Source: a virus
DNA: 64,000 nt
IMG/VR virus record: IMGVR_UViG_3300030098_005498
Coordinates: 25,484-89,483 of that record
Direction: 5' to 3' (one strand)
A model generated the notes under the pieces. It searched no databases. It was not told the origin of the DNA and saw only the letters and a list, made by a program, of their open reading frames with translations. Numbering within the stretch: position 1 is the first letter of the stretch; every line of letters starts with the position of its first letter. Both the position numbers and the translations under genes were made by a program. Positions 30,155 to 39,800 of this stretch are shown here, one piece after another.

Positions 30155-30523
30155 TTACATCTTAGCCAAACAATCTTTCAGTAAATCTTCTACATTTGTA
30201 TGTCGTTTTTCAGAAAACAAACTGCTTGCGATTTCTCTGCCTTTCTTTTTTGCAATTCCCAATGATTTCAGTGCTGAAATTGTTTCTTCTATAATCGGGT
30301 TCGTCTCTTTGGTCTCTTTGGTCTCTTTGGTCTCTTTGGTTTTTTTCTTAGGGCGATCTTTGTAGACTATTTTTTCTTTTTCCACTTCTACGTCTACATA
30401 GATTATTCGAGAGGAACGCTCCAAACTTTGAATTACGTCACCAATAGACTCTATGATTCTCATCAAACAAAGAATAATGAACGGGGATACTAAAAGCAAA
30501 ATCAGCAATTGTGTTTGGTTCAT
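30155..30523 (-). CDS. TM protein with a C-terminal RuvA domain III-like region
   Basis: N-terminal TM helix; EETISALKSLGI...VEDLLKDCL resembles RuvA_C. Confidence 0.55.
   Translation of the reverse strand: MNQTQLLILLLVSPFIILCLMRIIESIGDVIQSLERSSRIIYVDVEVEKEKIVYKDRPKKKTKETKETKETKETNPIIEETISALKSLGIAKKKGREIASSLFSEKRHTNVEDLLKDCLAKM
30303..30338. repeat. 9-bp tandem repeat (GTCTCTTTG)x4 encoding KET repeats
   Basis: Directly visible in the sequence. Confidence 0.9.
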
Positions 30524-30951
30524 TCTCTATCTCTCCAAGTTTTATTCCTAGTATCAAACACCCAACAGTGAATGTCGCAATATTCTACTCTGTCTCTGTA
30601 CTTAGTCCAGTTGTCTGTTTTAGCAAGTAAAATGACTAATGGTTTACTATCTGTTTTTTTGGAATAATAAATGGATTGGCCTACCCCCTCAGCCCATTTG
30701 CTTTCCCAGTCTATTTCACAAGCCCAACCATCAAATAATAGATCAACTCTGGTTCCATCATGAAGGCGATACTCTTTCTCACCTTCTGTAAATTCATGTA
30801 TATAGTCTTGCCAATATCTCTCTGTGCCATACGCAGAACCTGAAATTTTTTCTGATGCTGCTTGAGGGGGAACAGTGGACCAAATACTAATAAAAATTAC
30901 TAACCCAAATACGAGCAAGAAAAAAACTTGCCCCAGTGTCGATCTTGTCAT
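30520..30951 (-). CDS. PD-(D/E)XK-like protein with N-terminal TM
   Basis: EYRLHDGTRVDLL...EIDW...KWAEGVGQSIYY. Confidence 0.6.
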   Translation of the reverse strand: MTRSTLGQVFFLLVFGLVIFISIWSTVPPQAASEKISGSAYGTERYWQDYIHEFTEGEKEYRLHDGTRVDLLFDGWACEIDWESKWAEGVGQSIYYSKKTDSKPLVILLAKTDNWTKYRDRVEYCDIHCWVFDTRNKTWRDRE

Positions 30952-30955
30952 CTTA

Positions 30956-31222
30956 TTATACCTTGCTATTTCTAATAGTCAATCCTTTATTTTGAATCTT
31001 TCTGATTTCTTCTTTCATTTCCCACGTTTCTTTTTCAGCTTTCCTGTCTTTAATATTATCGGCAAGTCTCCTTTCTGCCTTTATCTTATTTGCTCGTTTT
31101 CTTTCTAATTCTTTTTTAGCTTTTTTCTTTCCTTTTGCTAAAGCCTTGTCTTGTTTTTTTCTATTTGGTTTTTTCATAATTTTTTCCTCAGTGATTAAGG
31201 ATATCTTTGAAGCTAAATACAA
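30956..31222 (-). CDS. small Lys-rich protein
   Basis: The true start is probably MKKPNR behind GAGG. Confidence 0.55.
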   Translation of the reverse strand: MYLASKISLITEEKIMKKPNRKKQDKALAKGKKKAKKELERKRANKIKAERRLADNIKDRKAEKETWEMKEEIRKIQNKGLTIRNSKV

Positions 31223-31312
31223 ACAATAAACGAATTATGATAGATATAAGAATTAGTAATATTACTTTTTTAGGGAAATTACGCATTTTAAAAGATCAAA
31301 TATCCAATCGGA

Positions 31313-31708
31313 TTAGTATGAATTAGACAATTTAAATTTTCTAAACGGCTCTTCTTTTGTTGGGATATGGCAAAGTTCGCCGTTCAAAATTTTTTCAGAC
31401 GGGTTTCTTGTTTCTAACCATTGTACATACATGCTATCAACTTTACCTAAAATATATTGTGTTCCAGAGTTGGTAATAATAGCACCAGTCTCATTGTCTA
31501 CATCAATTATCTTAGAAGTAATAACCTTGGTGTAATCTTCATGATCTGGGTGTCCTATTATATCACCACATAGTTTAATGATTCTAGAGTCGTCATTCCA
31601 GAAATGTGGATCTTCCCACACTTTGTAATAAACAGGGTAGTGAACACTATTGAAGTCACCAGAATTTATATTTTTAACAACAGACCAACAATCAATCTCA
31701 ACTGCCAT
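31313..31708 (-). CDS. hypothetical phage protein
   Basis: GHP...VITS...TNSGTQYILG pattern seen in large phages. Confidence 0.6.
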   Translation of the reverse strand: MAVEIDCWSVVKNINSGDFNSVHYPVYYKVWEDPHFWNDDSRIIKLCGDIIGHPDHEDYTKVITSKIIDVDNETGAIITNSGTQYILGKVDSMYVQWLETRNPSEKILNGELCHIPTKEEPFRKFKLSNSY

Positions 31709-31747
31709 TTAAAACCTTACTAGTCGAACTCGACTAAATTATTGTCT

Positions 31748-32224
31748 TCAGTAATTACAACGTGAAAAAACTGCACACCAGTAAATTCTTCCAGATTTCG
31801 ATTTGGCAGCACCAAATCCAACAGCGTTATATCCGCCTAAAATGTTGGACCTATGACCGCCGGAGTTCATCCAAGATCTAGTAACCTCACCATAGCCAGA
31901 TTGACCATAGGCAATATTTTCTCCAATTCCGCCAAAACCAGACCCAACTCGTCTAGATGGGCTTGATCCATTTCTTCCTGTATGACTAAGCCTGTTACTG
32001 CTAGCCATCCAATCTGCATGTTTTTGTGCGGCATCTGTAAGTCTTTTATCTAATACTAAGGCACGACGACCATTTCGAGAACGTTCGCGATTATGAGTAA
32101 GCAAAAGATTATCATTTAATTTCTTTACTAATCTAACTCTTTTTTGTTGTGAAGTTTCGGTCTCCTGCGTCCACGCATTGGAAACCAAGCAACAACAAAC
32201 AAGCAAACTTAAAACACTTCTCAT
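31748..32224 (-). CDS. secreted CAP/SCP-domain protein
   Basis: Signal peptide; HNRER, AAQKHA, SHTG, GENIAYG, WMNSGGHRSNIL. Confidence 0.9.
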   Translation of the reverse strand: MRSVLSLLVCCCLVSNAWTQETETSQQKRVRLVKKLNDNLLLTHNRERSRNGRRALVLDKRLTDAAQKHADWMASSNRLSHTGRNGSSPSRRVGSGFGGIGENIAYGQSGYGEVTRSWMNSGGHRSNILGGYNAVGFGAAKSKSGRIYWCAVFSRCNY

Positions 32225-32248
32225 AACAAACCTCCATGTTTAAAAAAA

Positions 32249-32352
32249 GATGTCTTGAAAACGCCTAGCCGCCGCCAGATACACGAATTTACAGAAGGTG
32301 AGAAAGAAGCATCGCCCCAGCGGGCATTCTTTGCCGCTATTTTCAAGACATC
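32249..32352 (-). ncRNA. candidate structured RNA closed by a 13-bp perfect stem with a U7 tail
   Basis: GATGTCTTGAAAA / TTTTCAAGACATC inverted repeat enclosing a GC-rich 78-nt interior with an inner hairpin. Confidence 0.4.
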
Positions 32353-32397
32353 GGTTAAATAAAAAGTAATAACAAAACACAACCACAAAATTAACCA

Positions 32398-33027
32398 TTA
32401 TTTTTTCTTATGAATACCAAATCCATTTCTGTCATGTGAATCAATAATACAGTCCCACTCTGGATCGTCTAGCAATTCTCGGTGTGCCATTCTTGTTTTT
32501 AACTCTAGCGTGTCGTCAAGAATTATAATTTTTGATTTAGGTTTAAGCAATTTAAATTCTGCAAAAGTGCTAAATTCACCACCATCCAACAGTAGTACAT
32601 CTATTTCCATGTTTTCTAAAAGGTGTGCTTCATTGTTACAGCTTTTAAAAGCCTTTACGTCGTCATCAAAGAATCTTTTAGAGAGGGATTTATGTACATG
32701 GTTTTCGTAATTCGCTTTTACATGTGGAGTTTCTAGGGTCCACATGTCTTCTATTTCAATAATCCTTCCATGCACTAAGTTAAACTGATTATTAGGCTTA
32801 TCCCCCCAAAAATTCAAAGCCTGATCATAAAAATTTTTGTTTGCTTCAAAAGATATAAATTTCCAGTTATCGGCTCGGGTGGATAGTCCATCCCAAAAGC
32901 ACAGCGTAGAACCTTGACCATTCCAAGTTCCTATTTCTACATAATTTAGGTATCGCTCATCTAAAGCTAATTCATGAATTATGTCGCCTAAAACGCTACC
33001 TAAATTTATTTGTCCTGGCATCAGCAA
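32398..33027 (-). CDS. class I SAM-dependent methyltransferase-like protein
   Basis: VEIGTWNGQGST, LLLDGGEF, ILDD. Confidence 0.75.
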   Translation of the reverse strand: MLMPGQINLGSVLGDIIHELALDERYLNYVEIGTWNGQGSTLCFWDGLSTRADNWKFISFEANKNFYDQALNFWGDKPNNQFNLVHGRIIEIEDMWTLETPHVKANYENHVHKSLSKRFFDDDVKAFKSCNNEAHLLENMEIDVLLLDGGEFSTFAEFKLLKPKSKIIILDDTLELKTRMAHRELLDDPEWDCIIDSHDRNGFGIHKKK

Positions 33028-33048
33028 TATACCTTTTAATTTTTTGGT

Positions 33049-33231
33049 TTAGTATGATTGATTAAGTTTTCTTACAAGTTTTTGTTTGTCCTTTTCTAAC
33101 TTTCTTTTTCTCTTGTTAATTTCTTTAAACTCTGATGAGTTTAATTCAACATTGTAAGACTTTTCTTGAAGCAGATCTAATCTGTCTTCAATATTACGAA
33201 TCGAGTTAAGTATATTCTTTTTGTTTTTCAT
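33049..33231 (-). CDS. small coiled-coil protein
   Basis: Likely start MKNKKN; the longer upstream extension overlaps a hairpin. Confidence 0.45.
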   Translation of the reverse strand: MKNKKNILNSIRNIEDRLDLLQEKSYNVELNSSEFKEINKRKRKLEKDKQKLVRKLNQSY

Positions 33232-33312
33232 GATTTTATAAAGACCGGCGGAGCAAAAGAGAAGATGATGAAACAACTAATTCGTTCACTCCGCGAGGTC
33301 TATTTTTAAATG

Positions 33313-33654
33313 TTAAAAGGTTTCAGCCTTTTCCCTAATTGGCTTAACAACCTTAGAAAACGTACTAGGCAGCACAGAATAAGAAGTACGACTAACTCCA
33401 TTTTTGTCTTCCCAATTACGTTGACGCAATCTGCCATCAATAATTACACGATCACCTTTGCTAAGGTCAACATTTTGTGCATATCCGGCATGACTTCCCC
33501 AACCATCTACATCCATATAAACAGTTTCTTCTTTTCCATTGCCTGTGCTTTCATTGACAGCAATACGAAAAGAAACGAGATCCTTATCAGACACTTGCTT
33601 ATATTCTGGATCTCTAGTCAAATTTCCCTTTAGAATAATTCTATTATTCAACAT
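33313..33654 (-). CDS. ssb: single-stranded DNA-binding protein
   Basis: NRIILKGNLTRDPE, KGDRVIIDGRLRQRNWEDKNG. Confidence 0.93.
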   Translation of the reverse strand: MLNNRIILKGNLTRDPEYKQVSDKDLVSFRIAVNESTGNGKEETVYMDVDGWGSHAGYAQNVDLSKGDRVIIDGRLRQRNWEDKNGVSRTSYSVLPSTFSKVVKPIREKAETF

Positions 33655-33668
33655 TTCAAGCTCCCAAA

Positions 33669-33881
33669 TTAAGTTACATTTCTACGATTCAAAGCTTTGC
33701 GGGTCAAGGTTCTAGCACGATTAACACCGCCTGTACGAAGAAGGCTACGAACCTCTCCCCCTGTATCAGTTCCCGCAAAATGTGAATAAAATTCACGTCC
33801 AGTAATGTCCCCCATTGCAAATTTTTGTGCAAGAGATACATTCTTGCGATTCGATAAAATCGAATTCCAATCAGTCATCAT
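33669..33881 (-). CDS. hypothetical protein
   Basis: Short coupled ORF. Confidence 0.5.
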   Translation of the reverse strand: MMTDWNSILSNRKNVSLAQKFAMGDITGREFYSHFAGTDTGGEVRSLLRTGGVNRARTLTRKALNRRNVT

Positions 33882-34303
33882 TTACTCTCTCCTTTCAAAG
33901 AAACACTCACTAATTTATGTGGACAATTATACAAATTATCGCACAATACAGACTTTTTAAATTTGCCCATATATAGGATATGGGTTCCCCCCGATACTTG
34001 TCGCTTTCCGAACTTGGAAATCTCATAAGCTTTTATATAATCTCTTCCAAGTCCTTGAATTTCAAATTTACCATATGACCCCATGTAAACCTTTTCTTGT
34101 GTTTCAGGATTTTGCCAGTAAGGACCGTTGCCATATATAGATCTTATAATATCACCAGTTTTTAATTCCTTCCAATCTTTAACCAATGCCACTTTTTTAG
34201 TGTAAAAACAATGTCCACAATCACATTCAGATTTTCTTGCATGAACTTTTAATCCACATTTTGGACATGTTTTAAGTGGTGCCCCACGTTTCTTTTTAGC
34301 CAT
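33878..34303 (-). CDS. Zn-ribbon protein
   Basis: KTCPKC...CDCGH. Confidence 0.65.
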   Translation of the reverse strand: MAKKKRGAPLKTCPKCGLKVHARKSECDCGHCFYTKKVALVKDWKELKTGDIIRSIYGNGPYWQNPETQEKVYMGSYGKFEIQGLGRDYIKAYEISKFGKRQVSGGTHILYMGKFKKSVLCDNLYNCPHKLVSVSLKGESK

Positions 34304-34342
34304 CCGTATTTCCTTTACTTTACTCGCTTCGGTTTACACTAC

Positions 34343-34371
34343 ATTATAGCCTATGGTTGTACTTTTGTCAA
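34343..34371 (-). promoter_or_regulatory. sigma70-type promoter
   Basis: Perfect TTGACA-17 nt-TATAAT. Confidence 0.85.
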
Positions 34372-34401
34372 CTCTTCAAGCAACATTTTTTAAAAATAAT
34401 G

Positions 34402-34920
34402 CTATTTATCAACTCTTTTTGATGATAACATAACCGCAGATTCAATAAAATCTTTATCGTCAATTTGATTCGACGGAATGTAAAAAATATTGATAGTTTC
34501 TGAAACCATTTTTAATACTTTGTGATAGTCTTCATTCCCAATTACACATTTAGGATCTGACACATCTGTAAATATAATTTCTCTTATACCACATTGGTAT
34601 AATGCCTGCAAACAATACAGACAGGGAATTGCGGTTACATAAGCCGAGGCCCCCAGTGTGCTACGTCCTAGTCTTGTGCAGTTATAGATCGCATTTGCTT
34701 CAGCATGAATCATGTATGGATATTTTTCTGGCCTACTTTTAGGAAGTGCATCATCATCAACATTTCTAATAAAACCATTGTATCCACTAGATAACATAGT
34801 TTTATCTTTAACCAATACACAGCCACATTGTGTTTGCTGATCAGGACTTGATCTTGACCAAAAGATTGCTTCCAATAAAAATTTATTATCCCATTTTGTT
34901 AATTTTCTAGATTCAAACAT
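34402..34920 (-). CDS. dCMP deaminase
   Basis: SPD..TQCGCV, SGYNG, HAEANA, PCLYC. Confidence 0.92.
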   Translation of the reverse strand: MFESRKLTKWDNKFLLEAIFWSRSSPDQQTQCGCVLVKDKTMLSSGYNGFIRNVDDDALPKSRPEKYPYMIHAEANAIYNCTRLGRSTLGASAYVTAIPCLYCLQALYQCGIREIIFTDVSDPKCVIGNEDYHKVLKMVSETINIFYIPSNQIDDKDFIESAVMLSSKRVDK

Positions 34921-34945
34921 GCTACATCCTTAATAGTTCAATATT

Positions 34946-35212
34946 TGGAATGGCGAATTGGGTAACAAGGCTCGCCACACCCCGTGCTACTTACGCAGCA
35001 AGTGCAAGAGTTTCCTCTGCATTTAAAAATTTGATCTTGTTTTTAGGTAGCCTCAAGACCAACTACCACATGCAACCATTACTTCTATTTGTACGTCGAA
35101 TCTAAGTCACCCCCTTTTTTAATTTATCGAGTGGAGGTGGGGGGAATTGCACCCCCGTCCGCAGCAAATGCCTATAACAGCGTCTACATGTTTAGTTCTC
35201 CAAAAGAAGAAC
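34946..35212 (-). ncRNA. ssrA: circularly permuted (two-piece) tmRNA, tag AEETLALAA
   Basis: The acceptor piece (...CTAAACATGTAGA...GGAC-GGGGG TGCAATT CCCCC-CACCTCC-A, ending ~35132) lies upstream of the 5' GGGGGTG at 35114. G3-U wobble present; GATTCGAC D-loop analogue; tag ORF at 35020-34991; outer boundaries approximate. Confidence 0.9.
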
Positions 35213-35215
35213 AAA

Positions 35216-35258
35216 GCCAATCCTGGGAATCGAACCCATAATATACCTATTGGTTGGC
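35216..35258 (-). ncRNA. tRNA-like minihelix (acceptor stem + T arm only)
   Basis: GCCAACC...TGGG TTCGATT CCCA GGATTGGC; no D arm or anticodon arm. Confidence 0.4.
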
Positions 35259-35262
35259 TGTA

Positions 35263-35370
35263 TCAATTTAACCACAGCGGTGCTACACTTGTAACAAACA
35301 ACATTACACAAATAGCCCAAAATACCGGATTTAGAACGCAAGTAAACATCCACTGTGAAATAAGCCTCAT
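35263..35370 (-). CDS. 35-aa hydrophobic small protein
   Basis: MRLISQWMFTCVLNPVFWAICVMLFVTSVAPLWLN with AGGAG RBS; below the ORF-track cutoff. Confidence 0.5.
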   Translation of the reverse strand: MRLISQWMFTCVLNPVFWAICVMLFVTSVAPLWLN

Positions 35371-35471
35371 CTTTTTTCTCCTATACAATAAAAAGTTAAC
35401 GATGTGGGAATAACTACCATTATGGATTATTACGCATTATGAAAAGAAAATGCGAATATATTGTCTATTTG

Positions 35472-36839
35472 TCAAACTATTATCTCTTCTATTGAAAATG
35501 TTTTTGCTTCCTCTCCGTTAAAGTGAAAAGGAATTTGATCTTCCAATGGAACAGAGTATTTGGCACATCTGCCACAGTTTCTATTTCCACCATTACCACC
35601 GTGGTTGGTGGCTGAATATTTTGAAATATGTTGCACCGGAGATGGGTCAAAGAACCACATAGATCTACCCATTTTGTTCATAATCCCCCCTATAGCGGTA
35701 TCGCTATTTTGGATAGTGTGTGGATTTTTTTCTCTTTCCCTTTTCTTGTTTTCCCATGCTGACTTTGTTTTTATTCTGGCACCTCTCCAGTTTTCTATCA
35801 TCGGATGTTGCATCACCTGTTCTAAAACTTTTCTCGGCCAAATAACTGCACAAGTTCCCCATAGTGCCCTTGTGGGAATATGATTCAGTCCAATAGGTCT
35901 ATAGGGTTTGCTTTTAAGATGTTGTCTTTTACTATAATGCCTGGGTGTATATAATGATACAAATCCAGTTGTGGTACAGGGCCATAAAAATTTTTCAGAA
36001 AAAGACTTTGAGTCTGGGTGGAACAATGAATCATCTTGTACTGTCATTATAATATCTGCATCACTATTGTCAAGTGCATATCTACAGCTTGATATCCAAT
36101 TCCACCAAATTCCTTTTCTTTCTTCGTGAACAATTAGGTTTTCTTTATATTCATCATTTATTTGATACACTCCAGGTTCGGCAAATATATATGGTCTCCA
36201 GCCATTTATTAGCAAAGAATCTAAACAAAGTTGCAATGTTGGTTCTTTTCTTGGTGCTGTTGTCACAGCTACAAACCAATTGTGTTTTTGCCTGCCTTCT
36301 TTTTCTTCCGCTCTTCTTATAGCCGTTTGAACCAGATTTGTACAAACCTTACGGGTAGCAAGGTCTGGAACCCATGACAAAAAACTACGTTTATTTTTTT
36401 CGTTTATTAATCTTTGCACTATGTGATGAATATTTCTCTTGCATCCTTCAATGCCCCATAAGTTCATTTTTTTTGCATAGTTTCTACAGTCGCACGACGG
36501 TTTTTCCATCCACTCTGGAATCATTTTCTTCAATTCTGTACCCGGACCTTCGCCAAAATATTCTTTTGCTTTTTCACGAACTTCTACTCTTGTCTTGTCT
36601 TTATTTGCCAATCTTGCAAATCTAATGCCTTTATTATCTGGAGATTTTTCATATCCTCCAGCGTTTTTACACAATGTACAATGAACTGTTTCAACATATA
36701 CTGTTTGTTTGTTGTTATTTAAACTCGTGGCAAATTTACAAATCATATTATTTGTTGTCGGGCATTTTGTACGCATATTACATGGAAGGTTTTCAAACTG
36801 TTGTGTTTCAACCACTCTAATATTTTTTTTGTTATCCAT
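35472..36839 (-). CDS. Cys-rich domain fused to a GT2-like glycosyltransferase domain
   Basis: GPGTELKK..CDC..MNLWG..C module; VTTAPR, TVQDD (DxD-like), PSPVQH. Confidence 0.6.
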   Translation of the reverse strand: MDNKKNIRVVETQQFENLPCNMRTKCPTTNNMICKFATSLNNNKQTVYVETVHCTLCKNAGGYEKSPDNKGIRFARLANKDKTRVEVREKAKEYFGEGPGTELKKMIPEWMEKPSCDCRNYAKKMNLWGIEGCKRNIHHIVQRLINEKNKRSFLSWVPDLATRKVCTNLVQTAIRRAEEKEGRQKHNWFVAVTTAPRKEPTLQLCLDSLLINGWRPYIFAEPGVYQINDEYKENLIVHEERKGIWWNWISSCRYALDNSDADIIMTVQDDSLFHPDSKSFSEKFLWPCTTTGFVSLYTPRHYSKRQHLKSKPYRPIGLNHIPTRALWGTCAVIWPRKVLEQVMQHPMIENWRGARIKTKSAWENKKREREKNPHTIQNSDTAIGGIMNKMGRSMWFFDPSPVQHISKYSATNHGGNGGNRNCGRCAKYSVPLEDQIPFHFNGEEAKTFSIEEIIV

Positions 36840-36899
36840 AAAATAATTCCCGAAGTTTATATAATAAATAGATTGATCAACGTATTATAGTTATTTATA

Positions 36900-39800
36900 T
36901 TACTCGTCGCACGATTTTTGTTGCCCAGATGCATCTTTATAACCGCATGGTATTATTATAGTTTGATTAGCATATCCAATACAAGGATTTGTGTCTAATC
37001 CATAACAGTCACAGGAGTTATTCTCTCTCCCCTTGCAGTCATTGATGAAATTAACAACGTTTTCATTTTCATCGCATTCGCAAACACATCCACCGTCACA
37101 GCATTCATTATAAATTGGATAAAATGAATATGCTGACGCTGTACAGCATCCCGTTCCAACAGTTACGCTACCAGTAGCATCTCTCAATAGAGTGTCATCA
37201 TACCAGGGACTAAGTATAACCTTTCTGAAATCTAAGGAAGATCCTAATGCTGTTGCTGCCAAATAACCAGCAGACGTGTTTTTAACTTCATAATCTCTTG
37301 ATGTTAGACTAGCATTGTTTGGATCGTCAAAAGTGTCTGTAGATGCTTCATTGTCTAATGCAGAAGGGGCTCCGGTTATATCACTTGCTAGACAATTCGT
37401 CTTAGGAAGGTTGGTAGAATTTCCTTGTATACATCTATCAGTCGAACTAGAGGAGGTGCAATCACTAACTATAGAGTTTTTTATTGCTCCACCAGCACCA
37501 GAAACTGCCGAAACACCCCTACAGGCGTTGTTAACGGTGGTAGCGTCGTGAAATGTGCAATGGTATATACTTAGAGGTTGGTTTGATGGATTCTGGTATC
37601 TAATAAATCCACTGGTGCCACTTCCAGTGGAAGTGCTAGTAAACTTATAAATTAAAGAATTATACATATTTAAAGCGATACTATGGTTTGGCTTACCTTC
37701 TATCATGAAGTTGCCCCTATTTGACGTGGATATATTTCTCATAATACAACGTTTTATATTAATTGTTTGTGCGTTTGTATTACGAAGACTCCACATTCCT
37801 TGAAAATTCGTTCCAGGATTATTGCCATTAAAGTCAATCAATAAATCTTCAAATGTGAACTCGGGTGCATTTGCTGTCGTGCCCCAAATAAATTGATAAT
37901 TTCCGCTCCAAATAATTCTACATTTACCACCAGCTCCATTAGCCGCGACATTTCCTTCATGAGCAGTGCCACTAGCGGGACGTATAGTAACGCTGTTTAG
38001 AAAAGAGTTTGGATTAATGCCAGTAGTAGAAAATTCAATGGCTGAATTAATTGTATGATCTTCTCCACGTAGTACAAATATAACATCTTGTATATGGTTG
38101 CCCATGCTAGATAATGCAGTAAAGGCTGCCGCAATTGTAGCATAGTCATCGCTGGCGTCTGATCCAACTGTGAATGTAGCTGCTGGAGCTACGTAGGTTG
38201 GCTCATCGCTTGTATAAGTCTTATATGTACAATCTGTCACCTTTGTAAAGTTAACAGGATCTGCATCATCATCAGCAACTCTAAACCAAAGATCATAATG
38301 CATGTCAGTTGCAACTACGTCGGTAGCCCCCCCGGTTCTTTCATTTTCACAAGGAAGACGGTCCTTTCCCTTTGCCGCCGCACAATCTCTTGCACAATCA
38401 CGAACTAACCATGTCCAGGGTGCATAACGGGCTGCGGGATAACCGTGTAATTTTGTCATAGTAGCATCATCTCGCCAGAAGAATGTGCCCCCATCACAAT
38501 GCTCTTCGCAACTGGCTGGAGTTTCTTTATCCATCCATACTTTATTACAATTCGTTCCAGTGCAAGATTTTTTAACTGTAAGAGTAAAATTTTCTGGCCC
38601 AGTCGTAATTCCGGCATCAGCAGTTCCGGCTTCATTCTTTAGTTCTATATAGCTTCCACAGTATGAGAGATCAAAACCACTAATCGTATAAATGCCACTA
38701 TCTGTTCCGGTTTTTTCTACTCGATTACCTTCCGCAATACCCTTTTCAAAAGCCTGATCACACCACGCATAAGTTACACCCCCCGCACCCGCCACGCCAT
38801 CTATTCCAATTTCAGTACAGGTCAATTGATATTCATCTGGATTATCCCATGCATAGTTATTTCTAACAAAATAAATCTGTATGTCGCGTTTAGGACTACC
38901 CTCTGTGCAGGTAATATAAAATGTATAATGTGATGTTTCTTCTACTCCAGGCACTTGATTGTCGTTTTTATCAAGACATTCACATTCTATACACTCTCCT
39001 TCATGAGTTCCAATAGTGTCAGCTGGCTCATCGTTATCACAAAACTGGTTTGGAATTTCTAATTCCGCCGTGTACAATGCTTTTCCAGCCGTGCCATCAC
39101 AAAAGTTTGCGATCGCAGTATCTCCTGCATCATAATATGCTTCGTCGCTATTGTCTACCTGAGATGAAGAATCACAAATTTTAGTAAATGTCAATGTGGT
39201 TCCATTTGTGTCATTGCATCCACATGGGTCAGTGGAAGATGAAATACCGCTTATATCATCAGAAGAGTTTATTAATACCGTGAATTGTTCTGGACATGTT
39301 GTGCAGTCGCTACTGCTTGAACTAAGGTCACTACTTGAACTGGAACTACTAGAACTACTGGAGCTGCTACTCGAAGATGAACTGCTGCTGGAACTACTGC
39401 TGGAACTACTACTACTGCTACTGCTGGAACTACTACTCGAAGATGAACTACTGCTGGAGCTACTGCTTGAAGAACTGCTACTGCTGGAGCTACTGCTCGA
39501 AGAGCTGCTGCTACTACTGGAACTACTAGAGCTGCTAGAGCTACTGGAGCTACTTGAACTACTGGAGGAGCTGCTTGAAGATGAGCTACTGCTGGAACTG
39601 CTGCTGGAACTGCTGGAGCTACTGGAGGAACTGCTGCTAGAACTGCTGCTGGAGCTACTAGAGCTACTGCTTAAAGAACTAGAACTACTGGAGGAGCTAG
39701 ATTCTTCTTCACAGCATTTCTTGCCATGTCCATGACGAACCCTATCTCTAGACCCTAAACCGGGAGGGAAATACTCTTTCCAAACCCCACTCTTCGAGAC

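Noticed and set aside
39196-39735. Plus-strand 179-aa Leu/Glu-rich ORF
   Set aside because: It is the antisense shadow of the poly-Ser tract.
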